This document shows positions 13,446 through 28,033 of a DNA stretch of 64,000 nucleotides, one piece after another; the stretch's first letter is position 1, and each line of letters opens with the position of its first letter. Below the pieces are notes generated by a model. The model saw only the letters and a program-made list of their open reading frames with translations. It was not told the DNA's origin and did no database searches. The position numbers and the translations under genes were made by a program. Origin of the DNA: Convolutriloba macropyga (taxonomy: Eukaryota); the NCBI RefSeq assembly GCF_964194025.1, contig NC_134469.1:82088001-82152000 (forward strand), read 5' to 3'.

Positions 13446-13605
13446 CACTATGCATAAATATGCCACGTGCGTCTGGGGGGGGGGGTGCAAAAAAATGCTG
13501 GGGGTAGGGTACAAACCGAACATTTTATATAGTATATTAGCTTATCTGGCCTGTAGACTAACTATATATGTTAATAAGTATAGCTAAGATAGGGGGGGGG
13601 GGGTA

Positions 13606-14325
13606 CTAGGTACCCTGGAGGGGGGGTGTGTTGGGACTGTTAAAAAGATCCGTTTTTCTAATATTCCGAAAGGGGCAACGTAGAACGTCCTTAAAAAAAT
13701 GTAACCTATAACGTTGAAAAATCTTACCTGCCGCAGCTTTGGTGGTTATTTTGTCTGCAGATAACACAGCAACATCAATGTCCTCAAAATCGGAAAAGGC
13801 GCTTACGCTTGGTGGGTCTTTTTCCGCTAATTGCTTTTCACCCCACCCACGCGAATTGTCTCCCAGAACGGAAGCGCCGGGAATCGAAGTGATCTCCTGG
13901 GTTGAAATAAGGGCGGCTTCGCTATTTTTAGACCCAATTAAAGCTCTCTTTTCTCCCCCACAAGTGTCGGTGTCTTTAATATCACCGATTCCGTCCTGAG
14001 AATTAACAAGACTAGACTGGGTTAAATTAACATGGTCTCCGTCTTTGTTAACATTTTCAATTACATGTTGTATTTCATCTGCTGGCTGCGCTTTTGTGTT
14101 GATAATGGGAATGTTAGGAGAATAATTTGGGTCTGGGTCGATACTGATAGGCAAAAATTGGATATTAGCGCAGTTATCCCTGTCTGTATCGATATCATAG
14201 CCGTTTGATAATGTAACCGTAGCAGTGGCTGTAGAAGTATGGCCGCTTTCTTCAGGACAAGTTGGATGAATTAATAATTCTGTTTCATTTGGAGCAATAG
14301 TGTGCCTGCCATCTATCATTTGCAC
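13606..14325 (-). other. 239-codon acidic/Ser/Thr-rich ORF of unknown origin, probably a TE relic
   Basis: Long ORF for this AT content but no recognisable domain; the coding-like sequence continues towards ~15400 and is interrupted by a MITE at 14532. Confidence 0.25.
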
Positions 14326-14531
14326 AATTGAGTTTAGCAGTACTGGTGTTGAACTATTGTTTTCGGCACATGCTATGTCTGTGTGTTCGGATAGGCGATT
14401 GTCGAATTGGCCGACAGTGGGTTTGGTCGATGACCAAAATATCCGAATCTAAGCCGACTAAAATATCAGAATCTAAGCCACCAATAGTAGTGTGATAGGA
14501 CGCACTAGTGACAATTTGACCAGTCAGATTT

Positions 14532-14691
14532 GGGATTTCTTCTGCCCCCCCCCCCTCCCCCAATCATATATCTACCCTTTATGCCCACCCCCCCCCCCCC
14601 CCACGAGCACGTGCTATTTTTAACTAAGTAACATGCCATAGCAACTCTTAATTTTTAAGTGGTGGGGGTAATAAAAACGCGGGGTAGATCC
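14532..14691. mobile_element. MITE family M1 copy
   Basis: gggatttc..polyC...ggggtagatcc termini; internal cacgtg; flanked by a cagattt duplication. Confidence 0.65.
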
Positions 14692-15410
14692 AGATTTTTC
14701 GACCAATCAGAATTGAGATGTCGGTTAAATTTCTTATTTGGTTTTTCGTCGGCTAAACCCCCTGTCGGCCAATATTCCTAGCACCGTTTAACTAAATTAC
14801 ACTGCCTACCACTGCTACTGATGTTAGTTGGAATGTCCGCCTCCAAATTGGTCCGTAACAATGGACTAGAAGAACTAATTCCTTCTTCTGAACAGGTCTT
14901 AGGGGTTGTGGTGTCTGTAGACGATAGCTTTTCCCACTCCGCATCCATAATTTAACCATTTGAAATAGTGGCGGTGGTGGTGCTAGAGCGAACTACAATA
15001 ATAACACAATTAGGTCGCTTCATTATACTGTCGCTATTTGCAGACCCAGACAAAAACTCAAATGCAGAATACAGCTAAACATTAATTCCGAGTCCCAGCC
15101 CACTTTACCGTGCAGTGCAAAAACATGCAAGTATCTGAAGTCATCACCTTGTAGGTACTCGATCACATTTCAATCCGCTCATTTCACTTGATATAAAACT
15201 ATCACAACCGAACATGGGATTATATTGTCCGCTTAAGTATGTTAAAGCATCCATGGACTAGCGACTGCTATTTTGTATTCGGATTATTGAACGCAAAGAT
15301 CAAAGAGCATTGGTTATAAGGGTATTGAGTGGAATTAGACATGAAATTCCGTAAAATGGAATTGAGTAATTGTGAAGTAACCGATAGTGTCATTGTTTAC
15401 TTAGCTCAGT

Positions 15411-15660
15411 AAGAACTTTTAATAGTAAAACTTGCTTTAAAAATGTTTTAACCGAGTTTTTGCTCGATCAACACAAGAAAGTACCCGTTTATAGACAAAT
15501 AGGAGACTTCAAATCTTATTTTTACCTATGAGAACGAACAGCCACAATTTGAAGATTATTATATTAATAACAATGCTGATTAATTTATTTAACATTTTAG
15601 AGCATGTAGATATCTAAGCTTAGGGTTATATTCTGATTAATTTACATGTTTCAAAAAAAA
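15411..15660 (+). mobile_element. 3'-end fragment of the same LINE family as 10165-13445
   Basis: Near-identical to 13173-13432; ends in an A run. Confidence 0.9.
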
Positions 15661-16789
15661 CTGAGTTAAAAAGACGTTGGTCAAACTGCTGTAAAATAGA
15701 ATCAACAGCTCTGTAGATCTGTTGGACTAAAATAATTACAGAATTAAAACCAGAAAGGCAACAACTCTAGGAGAGTTCCGTAGTTGTCCTATAAGTTTCG
15801 TACTAACTTGGATAACCGCTCAACACTTTGAAAAAAGTACTCGTTTTTCATTTGTACTAAATTAGTCCTATTAAATTACGACATATTTGATTTAAAAACG
15901 GTTGTTGAAACGTTTAAAAAGTAAAATGAGAAATAATTGCAAAATGTAGCGAATATTTACAAAACATTACAGAAAGAACTAGTTTAACAAAATTTAAATG
16001 ACGAGTAAAAAGCCGACCCAAACCAAACCAAACAAATCTGACCTATAGGCATTTAAATAGAATTTCTATAATCTTGCAAAAATGATTTGCGAAGATTAGC
16101 TTCATAAAAGTGACCACAATGCTTAGAGCCGTGCAAAACAGCACGCTAATTGCCATGGTTGGCAAGTTAAAAATGGTCTCAGTGGAGTGCATCTAGTCCC
16201 TTCAAGAATAATGAACTCGAATCCCTCCCGTTTGTTTGAATTTTGTCTTTTTCTGAAAAAAAACAGCGCCCTAGATTCCAGACGTGACTGGTATAATGAT
16301 ATGATCTTACCATGAAGTTAGGCATCGATGGAGGTAGAACATCCTCCAAACATTTTCCACTGAATATAGTCAAAGAGGAATATCAAAACCAGATTAGTTA
16401 CAACAATGTATATTAGAAACTAAGCACGATTGCTTCTTAAAAATGAGTGCCTATTTTCAAGAACATTGTTATCACTGTTTTAGCAAACAACAAGTGAACA
16501 GATAAGCTCTAGCGAAAACAGAAAAAAAACAATATTCACTCATAATACAAATTGGCTCTTCCCAACCAGAGCTCTTAGAGATCACTCAGCAGAGAAAGAC
16601 TATTTTAAATAATTGTTTTCTTGCATAATCTAGTCATGAAAACAAAGATTATCATCAAAAGAAATTATTTCAAACGACGGGCGAGCGGTTGTATCTAGGT
16701 AAACCAAAGTGGGTGGATCTGAATTCTCAGTTCAAACAATAAACAACTGGCTGCCAAAACATTTCTTAGTAAGTTCGCCGACCAGAATT

Positions 16790-17090
16790 TTTAGGGCTTA
16801 GTAAAGAGAGAGGTGCACAGAAATTTGATGCTCTCGAGCGTTACGATTTATCCCGTTTCGACGGAAAGTCAAACCAATCGAGCGAGCTAAATATTATATA
16901 ATAATATTTATGATATATTTATTTATATTATTATTATTATATATATTTATTATAATTATTATATATTTATAATAATTATATAATAATAATATAGAGCTAA
17001 ATATTAAGAATGTTATAGAGGAAAACAGGCAGGCAAAAACTTCGAAACGCTTTTAATAAATGTTTAAATTTGCCTTTGAGAGCAAATAGA
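16790..17090 (-). mobile_element. Decayed HINE family 1 copy with an internal AT-only low-complexity tract (16888-16995)
   Basis: ttgatgctctcgagcg..atcccgtttcg..aaagtcaaa body; tttgagagcaaat terminus; gagctaaatatta duplicated around the AT tract. Confidence 0.5.
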
Positions 17091-20000
17091 TGTAACTAGA
17101 AAGAAAGAAAAATCAACAACTCTTGCATCACCAAATCTTTTAATGACAATGATGGACGAATTGGATACGGATATCAGTTTACCAGATATGACGAAAATCG
17201 AGTTGAAGTTTTCAACGTTGGTTTGAGTTTCATTGCAAAGATTAAAGGATTATCAGCACACTTTACACTGGGGGATTAAAGCTATCAATTATACTTCGGA
17301 AGCAAAAAGCAACGTACAGCTGAATGTGTGCTCCTTGGGCGTTATTCTTGCACAGTAACTTTGATTTGTGCTTAAGCGCGATTTGATTAAAAAAAGGCGC
17401 AAAATATTGCACCTTGAAACGTCATTTCATTCTCGTTTTCTGCGCTTTCAAAGAAAACATGGTTCAGCGGCTTTGTTTTTATGCTCTTTGCCAAGCACTC
17501 GCGAAGCAAGTGTCCGGTTTTAATGTATACGTTACAAAAGTACCTCAGCTTGAAATCAAGTTCCAGTGCACAGCGTGCACACACTTCACCAAAAATGCAC
17601 CAGGTTCAAAGCATCTCAATTAATTAAATTTGTGAGTTCCTGGAAGAAATGGAACAATAATTCTTGACAAAAAAATGAGTTTTGACCAGCCATCAGTTAT
17701 ATTTTTGAGTTCAATGCATGCAGATTGACGGAAATTGCTTGTTTATGAAGACACTAGGAAACTTTGAAAAATGGCGAAGAAAAAACTGCCAAGAAAATAT
17801 ATGGGCAGTTCAATGATTTAAATGTGTAAAAGAACCAAACGCATATGTAACTCGAAAAAACTAATACTCTTTCTTTCAGCATTAAAAGACAGAGCATTAC
17901 TAATTCCTGTAAAAATTGGTTGGAAGTAATTAATAACCTTCTACGCAAATAGCCGTAAATTCCTCCGCCTGTCGAAAAATTGCACCTCACGCTAAACACT
18001 GCCGTGAGTTGGCACCCATTCTGTTTAACTGCGAAAAAAAACTAATTATTTTTTTTCGGAAGGAAACAAAACATGCAAATGGATTTAGAAGCAATTCCAG
18101 CAGGTTGTAAGTTTTGCTGAGTTGATTTTAACTTTTGTTACAACTGCTTTTAACTATTTGAACATATCTTTAATTTTGTTGATGAAAAAAATCAATTAAG
18201 TTTGCATGTCCACTCATTAAAATGAGACTTCGAGCCCAAATCGGAGTTTGCTGATGAACCATTAGAGCCGTAACCTTAATGAACTGTGCAGATGGTCAAA
18301 GATGGAGTAAAAAATAATTTTCTGTCCTATTATAGCCCCCGACGAACATATAGCAAGCCATTATGTTAAATTTACGGCAACTGGGTTGGGGCTATATGTT
18401 ATAACAAACAAATTGAGGGAACAAAATGGATTGGAACAAAAAAACAATTGGGGCACACAAATAAGTTGGGTGGTTTATATCGGAAAGATCCAGAAAAAAA
18501 AGACAACTATTCAGAAAAGACAACTATGCTGGAGGAGCAGAAGGTAAAAAAACCAAAAACGCTTTGTCACAGCCTTTTCCTCCCCAGCACACAGCTTATC
18601 GGGAGGATATCATTTATAATTCAAAAGCTAATAGGATATATTTGAACAATCATTAACAACGGGGCTCGCCCAGAACTGTGCTTTGCACACAAAGCTCCAA
18701 CATTAACCTAGGAGGACACTTTATCACCATCTACTGAAAAGCTTCTAAAAAAATGCCAAAACGGACAAAAAAAGATACGATTTTAAATTATGCATTGACA
18801 GACATAAAATTAGTCAAGAAGAAACATCAAACTAAAATTTTTAAATCGCTTGTTTACCCTCGATTAGGATAAAATATTACAAATAGAATAAAGTCATTGA
18901 ATACAATTGAAAATCATGTGCTTTTGATATTCAACATTGTAATGATTCTGTGTTCGGACAACTGGAACTAATGATCCCAACAATCAGATGAAACTAATTG
19001 TTCGTTGAAAACATTTTTGTTTGAGTTCTAGTATTTATTATTAGTTTACTTAAACTTATTTCTCGGTTCCATATAAATGCAAAATTTACTAAAATCTTTC
19101 GCAAAATGTATACAATTGCATACAAACCATTAAAAGGATAAAGCATTTGGAAAAAAAATCAATTTCACAAATTCATTTATGAATGTTCATGAAAAACGAA
19201 ATGATTTTTACAATGATGTTTTTTAACTGTATATTAGGCAAAACGCATAACAAAAAAAGGAAGTCAATAGACGATGCTAGTTGTTCCATTGATGTACAAT
19301 TATAATTATCGAAACCAAGAGAACTTCAGAGGATTTGTATTTTGCAATCTTTGTTTCATTTGAAAGGTCGTCTGAACTTCACCTTTCTTCTAGGAATCAA
19401 TGAACGCTTTTGGAGCAGAAATTGTCCAACAATGCTTCAGAACTGCAAAATCATTAAAGGAAGTGAATCATCTTAAACCGTCGAGTTTCAAGTATTTCAC
19501 AAGTGCTCTCTGTACCAAAGCTTAACTTTTGCTATCGGCCAGTTAAAACTGTTCAATTTAGTAAATACTCTGTAATTTAGGCCATTCAAACCCATTTTAA
19601 CCACAACAAGAACAAGTCAAATTGTAAGAAAATATTTCTAATATTTGTCCGGACAACAATACCACAGAGAGTAAGTGAAGCAACGACTTTGTTCTTTTAC
19701 AGAAAAAAGCAAGGTTATCTTTGTTTTGAGCTTCAAACCAATGCGAAATATAAGGTGAAGCGAAGATTAATAAATTTCATTCAGCTAAACGAACATGAGC
19801 AATTCAACTTTTCAAACAGCAGTTTTATGTTTCAAAATAAATTTCTAACAACCACTTAGGCCCAAAAGGACATAAATGATTCAATTGATCTAAAATGAGT
19901 ACAATGAAAATAAAAGTAGCGGCTTTATTGTGAAATCTTTTTCATTCTTATTACATATTTTCTTCTATTACTTCTAATTTTTAACCAGAACATTTTAACA

Positions 20001-22719
20001 ATTCGAAACTGTTCTATTTGAGCTCTCAATTTTCAATTTAAGGAAAAGACATTAATTTAGCCGGACAAAACCATCGAAGCAATTTAACGAAACACTTGAA
20101 GAGCACTAAGTTTTAACTTTATATTCATGATCCCATAAGTGCTTGAATTTTTGAATTTCTCCTTGTAGCGCTGATTTTCAAACAAAAAAGTATGCGCAAT
20201 GATTTATTCATTAACCTTTCACAAATTTTGTTTGTCAGAAAGCGATTCAACAGCCTGAATTAAAAATTGATGCTGAAACGCACCTTTTCCAAATACAAAA
20301 AAAATTAAAACAGTACAAAAAATGTACACGGAAAATCCACAGATATCTCTGACCTATTCAGAAACTTCAGACAGTTAACAGCAGCGCTGGTTGAAGCCAG
20401 TATTGTTGCGCCAATAGTGCAAATAATTAAAGAAAAATTGAACGTTAAAGATGAGCACCAATTAAAAAACTAAATTTTCGATATTTTCATGCGCCTCAGC
20501 TGTTTAGTTTAGAATTATATAAATTACTTGCAATGCATGTAAACAAAGGTCTGCTCTTCTCAAAAGCTGATACAGGTCAGAGGAGGATGCAAACACTTAA
20601 AGTATTTTGAAGCCAACAATAAGAAAAAGAAAAAAAATCTTTACTTTTAAAAACTTTCCAATTTCTTTTAATTCGGCTAATATATTGTTCTTCACGCATC
20701 ATCAAATTCAAAATGTTGAAAATAATTTTCAATAGTTCTGATAAACGCTGATTTCAGAACAACTCGCATAATACAGTGCTTCAACGCGGCGTAAGAAATT
20801 AATGAAAAATATTGATGCTAAATATTGTAAAAAGAAGCGTGCTTCAAAGAATGGTCCAATCACTGATTTTTAAACACAGTTCTAAGGGAAACCTTTGTTC
20901 CTTCCCATAGTGACAAACACTAACCGAACGGAAATGCAACAAACAGGAAGGAAAATTGATCTCAAGTTTTAATATTATTCATGTCTTCATGTCTATTTTT
21001 CTGAATACATAGTTTGCTGTGCTGCATATTTTTAGTTGTCAAAAACTCAAAAGTGAAAATAATTTTAACACTTGCATCTGTCAACATTCAAAGTACAATC
21101 ACAACGAACAAACGAAACTTTTAAAATTGACGCACAATATATTTCATGATAAAACGAGAACAAATATATTTTTTTTCTCGTTATTGTACATCAAATTTCT
21201 TATATCTATCTTTTCGGCTCCCATTGAGAAATTTTATCTTAGCAACGAACAGTAAGAGTTGCTGAGTGATACTTCAAGTCATTTCTACTTAGTCATTTTG
21301 AACAAAAGTCTTTTTTCCGTCATTAAAATTTTAAAATCAGATTTTCAAAAAAATTGAGACCATTTTTTAATTTCTTTTTGGTATTTGAGCTGTAGCATCT
21401 GTGCCTAGGAGATAAAATTTCCGATTTGTTCTGGAGAAAAGGAAGCAAGCCTCGCATAAATATTCCGCCATTTCTAAAGAAATGTTGGAACGACTATGTA
21501 AAGCGGCCTGTTCTTGAACTGGTGACGCACAGCGTACTGGAGAGGGCATGCAATAACGGACAAAAAAGGTCCCACTATTGATAAAAGAAACAGAAAACTT
21601 ACAGTTTCAATTCCACACTAGTTCCATGACTTATCATCTAAATACGCCAATAGATTGGAGAACGGCACCAATTTCAAAATTTACCACCTAAAACAACAGG
21701 AAGCTGCGGGTGGAAGCAAAATTTTTTGCTTTTAAATTCCAGCTTGAAGTGAGTTGAACAAATATTGATTGGCTCTATTTTCTGAGTGCCTACCCAGTCA
21801 GCGCCGTAACTTCCAAATAAAGCCCAACAGAAGGGCTGGATTTTAAGCCACCTCCATAAACATCCTGAATAATCAATGTGTGGGTGCATGGGTAGGCGGG
21901 GGGGGGGGGGGGGGGGTGAGCAGAGCATTAAGCCCAATTGATTCAACTTTCTCCTCTCAGGCACGTCAGAGTAGAATGAGAATTGATCAACTAATTGTGT
22001 AACTTAACACAGAAAAGAAACTGATGTTTAACAAAGAAACGGTTCAATTCTTACGTCAATTTTGTAACTCATAAATATTAGTGCCTACGAATGCCATAAA
22101 ACTCAAGTACAGGGCTCAACAAACCTTTTTCGCACAAATTTATTTTTTGATGTTTAATAATAATCATTTTTGTTTTATGTAGTCAGCAAAATCACACATG
22201 ATGACATTCATTCACAAAATACATCAACCAGACCACAAAGAGATCACTTTGAGGCCAATGACGCGTTCTAAACTGTATCAGATTAGATGGAGTGATCGCG
22301 TAGTCTTACTGAACATGAAACCCCAATAGCATAAAATTTTAAAATTTTAAAATCTTTAAGAACACGAGCACAAAAATTGAGAGAAGATTATGGGAGGAGG
22401 CATATAAATATACTTGTTCATGCAATGATAATTTCAATTTAATGGTGAACAAGATCACTAACAGGAAAGACATTAATGAGGTGAAAAAGCAAGAAAAAAA
22501 CTCAGATGTAAAAAACAAAAACGGGCGTCCTACTTGCTAATTAACACCCGAAATTTTGTTAGGGATGAATGTAAATTATTCTGACAATAACCCTAGGTTA
22601 AATATCCAAAAGCTTGAAAATATTTTTGAAATAATCACAGTATCAGTATCGTTATTATCATAAAAATCCTAAAAGTGTGGCTTTTCGTTCTCCTTGGTAA
22701 AAATAGGATTTTAACGCAA

Positions 22720-25560
22720 CCATTTGTCCGTTAACCGGTATTTTCGCGTGCTTATCGAGCAAAAACTCGGTTGAAATATTTCTAAAAAAGGAGTTTTACT
22801 GTTTTAAACTTCTACTGAAGAGTCAATTTGTACGATTTTTGAAAGCTTTTCAGGATCGTTTCCGTTCTCATTTTTTTACAATAATTTGATGTGTTCTCTT
22901 GTTCTTTCCAGCTTTTAGGTGTATATTGAAAATTTTTAAGTTTTTGGATGTCCCAGCGTCTTACATCTGCTTGAGGTTTCATTACAAGACACGATCTTAA
23001 ACAAGATCAGTGGACTGGTCAAATTTTTGTCGACAATGAACTTTAACTCCACAGTTAATTGCCAATTTATGCGGTTTACGCTAATACGGTTTTTGCTCTA
23101 AAACTATGAAAAAACATACGGCTGAAAGAAGATGAGAGAGAGAGAGAGAGCACAATTGACATGAAAACGTCAATACTTACTTTGAAGAAATTTGAAGGAA
23201 TTTGATTTCTTACAAGAGACAACAAAAGCTTTTACTGAACAGGTCAATTTGTAAAATTTTTGAACGCTTTTCAGGATCAAAGATTTGTTTCTCTACTTCG
23301 TGTCCATTCTTTCTTTTAAAATAATTTGATGTGTATTCTTGTTCTTTCCAGCTTTCAAACATTTTAAAATTTTCGGATATTCCCAGTGCCTTATATCTTA
23401 TTTAAGTTTAATTAAGCTAAGTTTCCACACGAACAATTCGGCTGAAAAGATACGATCTTTAACAAGATCAGTGGAGTGCTCAAATTTTTGTGGAAAGTGA
23501 ACATTAATTCCCCACCTATTTGCCAATTTATGCGGTTCGTTTTTGCAGTGAAATTATAAAACATACGGTTGACAGAAAGGTGAGAGTACAATTGACTTGA
23601 AAACATCGATTCTGACTTTTAAAGGAGTCTGATTTCTTACGAGAGACAAAGAACGGATTGCATTTAACTTAAACCTGACTTAAGGTGACTTTGAAACGTT
23701 AGGTTTGGATCAATTTTTACTCCTATATAACGAAAAAAATGAGCTGCTTCAATAACTTCACCTTTAAAGAAAACTCAGGATCAGAATTTATATGAATTGT
23801 AAAGGAGGACAACTGGTTTATCGCCATTTAATGTCAGCTGATTATCTGTAAGGCATTTGTCTGCTTCTGTTAAAACATTTCAATTTTTAATTTAACATTT
23901 TCATTCTTTTCAAATTTGCATACAAAACGTGTAATCGGCAATTTGAACAATGCCAATTTTACATTCCTTTTTTCAGAACAATCTGACGTATAAAAATCAT
24001 ATTAGTAGTGTCATCCACAAAATTGAACGGTTTCATTTTCAACTTCCAATTTTTCAATTTCCAAGAGGTCCCAGCACAGTTCCTTATGAAACACCATGGT
24101 TAACAGTTAACTGCTGTGATTTTTCAGCTTTCCTGAGAAAGATTTCATATGGTATTGAATAGAAAGCTTTTGCAATAACTAAGAACACAGCAACTGCGTT
24201 ATAGTTATCTTCAGTATTTCCAATTACTTTCGAATTGGCAAGATGTACGAATCCTTTAGAATTGTTGGAATACCTTTCTCTTGAATACAATCGCTAAATA
24301 TAACCTGAATATGTGTTCAAAAGGCGTTATTTCTGGAATACAATTCCAAAGCTTTGATGTATCGCGGGCCTGGTCCTTTGTTTTGACTGGTTTTTCATGA
24401 ACCTTAGTACGAGAGGAACCGTGTGTTCAAGCCTCTGGTGTCAACGTCTGACTGAAAAGTCGGGTGTCAATGGAACAACCCCCTTCTGTAGATGCCCAAT
24501 TCGCTGAAAACTGTGTCAAAGGGTTTAGCGATTCGACTTTTTGACTTTGGTTTTTTGAACATTTTCATCCATTTCAGTGGTATTTGTTTTGCTATTTTTC
24601 ATTCCAATTTTTTTCCATGAATTTCCATTTCTCTTTTTGGGCTTCAGATTTCTCTGAATATCGATGTTCTGATTCCTTTAAATTTCATTTACAAGGTTGC
24701 AATACTTTTGAAATAACGCAAACGAATCAGCCCTTTGTGTCAAGCTGTCTGTATTCATTGAATTATCGATGTTTCTCAACAACTAATTTTTTTATTTCTT
24801 TTGTCTTCTTATTTTTGGGACAGTCTTTTTGTCATTGGAAACTAATTTCATCTGTTGCTGCGTTTTTCTCAATTGTTGTCAAAAAAGTCCATTAAACTCT
24901 ACGAGCCAGATCTCTTAAAAACTTTTTCAACAAAATGTCCAAAAGCAAGTTAGCCCGCTTCAAGAATTACGAGTTATGTTCTTGTACTGATGATATTTAC
25001 ATGAACTGACCGTTTTTAGGGCAACTAAACAAAGTTCAGTTGCAAAACAAACAAAGTTCAGGAGCGAAGCCCCTATAGGCGACAGCAACTATCATCAAAG
25101 AAGATTCCTATTTGCTAATTTTCAAAAATAAAATTGGTGTGTTTGATAGGATAGCCACATTTTTAAATAGTAATCTTCTTCGGTTCGTTGAATAAATTTA
25201 TCATCTCGAAAATCAAGCTGCCACCAAAATCAAGCAAACTGAACAAAAATTTACTATGTATTAAAAAACAGTTCTGCACAGAGCATTCTATTACAGCAAG
25301 CGGACACAGAAAAGCTGTTTGCCTCTTTTTAGAGTTGCGAGAGAGCTATCTCGCCATCTTGTTCGCTGTGAAAAAATTCACACGTTTTCACAAAAAGATT
25401 AAAAAATTTACACTGCTTTGCTTGGCCACTCTGGATCAAGAAGCTTTCCTCTTTTGCCCAGTTTCTGCCACTGGCGTGCGTTTAAGTTATTATACGTTCT
25501 TAATTGGTTTCGAGAATATTATGAGATAAAGAGCACAAGTTGAATGGATCAAGTTTTGTG
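22720..25560 (-). mobile_element. Older decayed copy of the 10.2-kb LINE family, with an internal duplication of its 3' part
   Basis: Colinear similarity to 10400-13260; ORF 24084-24290 AVFLVIAKAFYSIPYEIFLRKAE..TVNHGVS; 22820-23230 is repeated at 23240-23650. Confidence 0.8.
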
Positions 25561-27933
25561 TTTCATTTGCTATACCATTAATTTCAGTTAAGGTCATTAG
25601 AAAAAAACTTTCTAGCCCACTAAAGTCGGTTAAACTCATAAAAAAATTAAAAAACTAAAGTGAGATGGGTTAAACTGAAATCGAAAAAAAATAAGGCCGA
25701 CTTACCAGTGTCACTTAGCTTCTATCCATTCACAGTCATCTCCCAGCATTTCATCAAACTATTCAAATGATAAACGTAATAAACCGTTTGAACTGAACAA
25801 CTATTTGGTCTGGATGGATTTAGCAACATAAACTGTTCAAGGTTGGAAGAGCAAGCAAGCGTCATATTCTTCATTACACAAAACTACAGAGCAAATAAGA
25901 GCATAAATGCAAAACCATGGATGTTACCACTTGAGTGAAATTAGTTTCGTTGAGAAAAATTGTAAAATATCAAAAAAAAAACTAGTGGAGCGACACCACA
26001 TGCTCTCCATTCAAAAATGACTCTTCAACTCCATTCATTCATAGTCCAAAAAATGACGAAAACGGCAAAAATAAAAAACAGTCTACAACCGCTATTCTGT
26101 ACTTCACTTTTAAAATTTTGATGAAAACTTTTGATGAAAAGCTGATGTCCAAGATGTAGTGTTATTAATCAACAAAAGTGCCTTTATTTATCGAAAATTC
26201 TAAACATGTGATTATTTTATTGCATGTCGCTGACAGTCTGAGCTTCACAAATGACGAAAAGAACTCCAACCCCAATGTGAAAACAAAATGGTAAACGTAT
26301 AGGTAAATGAAGGCACGAGAAATAAATGCCTTATTATGATCTTCCGAAACTCTACAGACAGATTATAATGTTTTCATCTGGTACATGGAACAGTTAAAAA
26401 AGACGCATACATTTCACATTACACGTTGACAAAAATAAAACAGCCAAAAGCACCGCAGCCCTCCTAGCAAAAATTCAATGAAAAAAAAAAAAACAAAACA
26501 TTGAAAAGCAATCAGCATTGACACATTGAAGCATAATTGTGCATGCAAAAAAATATCCTATTTTGTTGTACTTTCCATTTGAACTTTAGCAGTAAAATGC
26601 CTCTAATAAGCACCCAGTGATTTCAAAAAAAAACGTTGTATTGTCTAAACATCACTAAAACATCACTGTGGGCTTTACACAGCAACAAGTTAACAATCTG
26701 ATAACTTTCGTAGTTTTCAGCGGAAAAAATGTTTTCTTTTAAATCAAAAATCCCTTCCAATAAAATTCCAGTTGCCTCTTTCGCGAGTTTTTGAGTTGCC
26801 ATAATTGAACAGCACGTAATTTTATAACCTCTATACATTGTAAGACATTAAAACCTTTAAACTGAAAAAACCCATTTTCAAGTCAATCCACTCATAAGAA
26901 AAAAAAGAAACAGACCGAATCAATATGTTCATACACATTTAGGCAGTCTAATAATTCAGGAAAATGTTTTTATCTTTGTGGTTAAAAAAATCTGTTAACT
27001 GGATCACAGATCACAGACTACCCCAAATGAACCATTAATTTAGGGATCTTTTTTTGAGATACTCGTTCAAAAAAAAACAAAACAAGTCTACTAACATGCT
27101 CACCCTTTTCCAAACACTGTTCAGCTGGTATTCTTTCTTGGTAGTTTTCAAGAGTAAGTTGCCCAATCAGAGTATTAGAAAACTACAAGTAATGGCAGAA
27201 CAAGAGAGCAAATAAAAACAAATGTTCGAGAGGAGGCCAGTAAATACGGTATTTATAAATTATAAAAGTATCTAAAGCTTAAACAGACAAAGGAACACAA
27301 TTTGGTTAACGCGACAGACGTCTGTCCAATGACGACAATGTCTGTGCTTGAAAAAGAAAACCAACTAATAATTTAAAGACAAACAAGGCAAAAATAAGAA
27401 CAAATAAGTACATGCAAATAAACAAAAAACAACCAGCAGCATATACAACTATAATAACAATCCTTCAGTAAAAGCGAGTACAGACGTAAAAATCATTCAC
27501 GAAGTATAGACATTCAAATCAATTGTTTACTGTTTTCCAACGGTGAAAAGACTATACTAAATGAGCCAAAATACCCAATATTTTCTCCTAGAGCTAAAAT
27601 TATCAGAACGTTTATTTAGCATAATCATACCAAAGCCAGATCGCTTTCGTTTTTCATTAAAAGAAAGCCCCTTTCCTTAATGGGTAGTTGGCCCTTAGGA
27701 CTGGATATGAAACTAGCACAGCCAGGTGAGATCAGATTAACCGAACAGAAATTTTGTCACACCAATTTGTAATTTGTAACCGGATTATTGAACCTAAACA
27801 ACAAAACACTCACTTGCACGTTATAAAATGTCGAAAGTCTGTAGTAAGGTCAAACATACATAGCTAGACATTGACTTCATTGACTTTTGTCATTTTAAAA
27901 CATGCCGGTTGTGTTTTTAAGCATGGTTGAGTG

Positions 27934-28033
27934 ACTCTGCAGAAGTCACTTCGAAATTCTGACTTAATATCTCGAACTGCGCTTCGCGGTTCTCGATAAA
28001 AGCCAGAAGTTCTCAGTGACCTTAAGCAGATTC
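27934..28033. repeat. Imperfect foldback (~100 nt)
   Basis: Nested arms tctgc/gcaga, gtcact/agtgac, ttctgactt/aagccagaa, gaactgcg/cgcggttc. Confidence 0.6.

Larger units (their letters stand above)
10084..13525. mobile_element. Merlin-like MITE (family M1) split in two by a LINE insertion
   Basis: The left half (10084-10168, ggatctttcgtttgtacccc..cacgtgccattacatagtga) and right half (13445-13525, tcactatg..cacgtgcgtctggggg..gggtacaaaccg) together match the uninterrupted copy at 44533-44727. Confidence 0.75.

Noticed and set aside
21367-21964. Possible small exons near 21480-21870
   Set aside because: Splice-like signals exist, but the joined peptide stops early and matches no family I recognise
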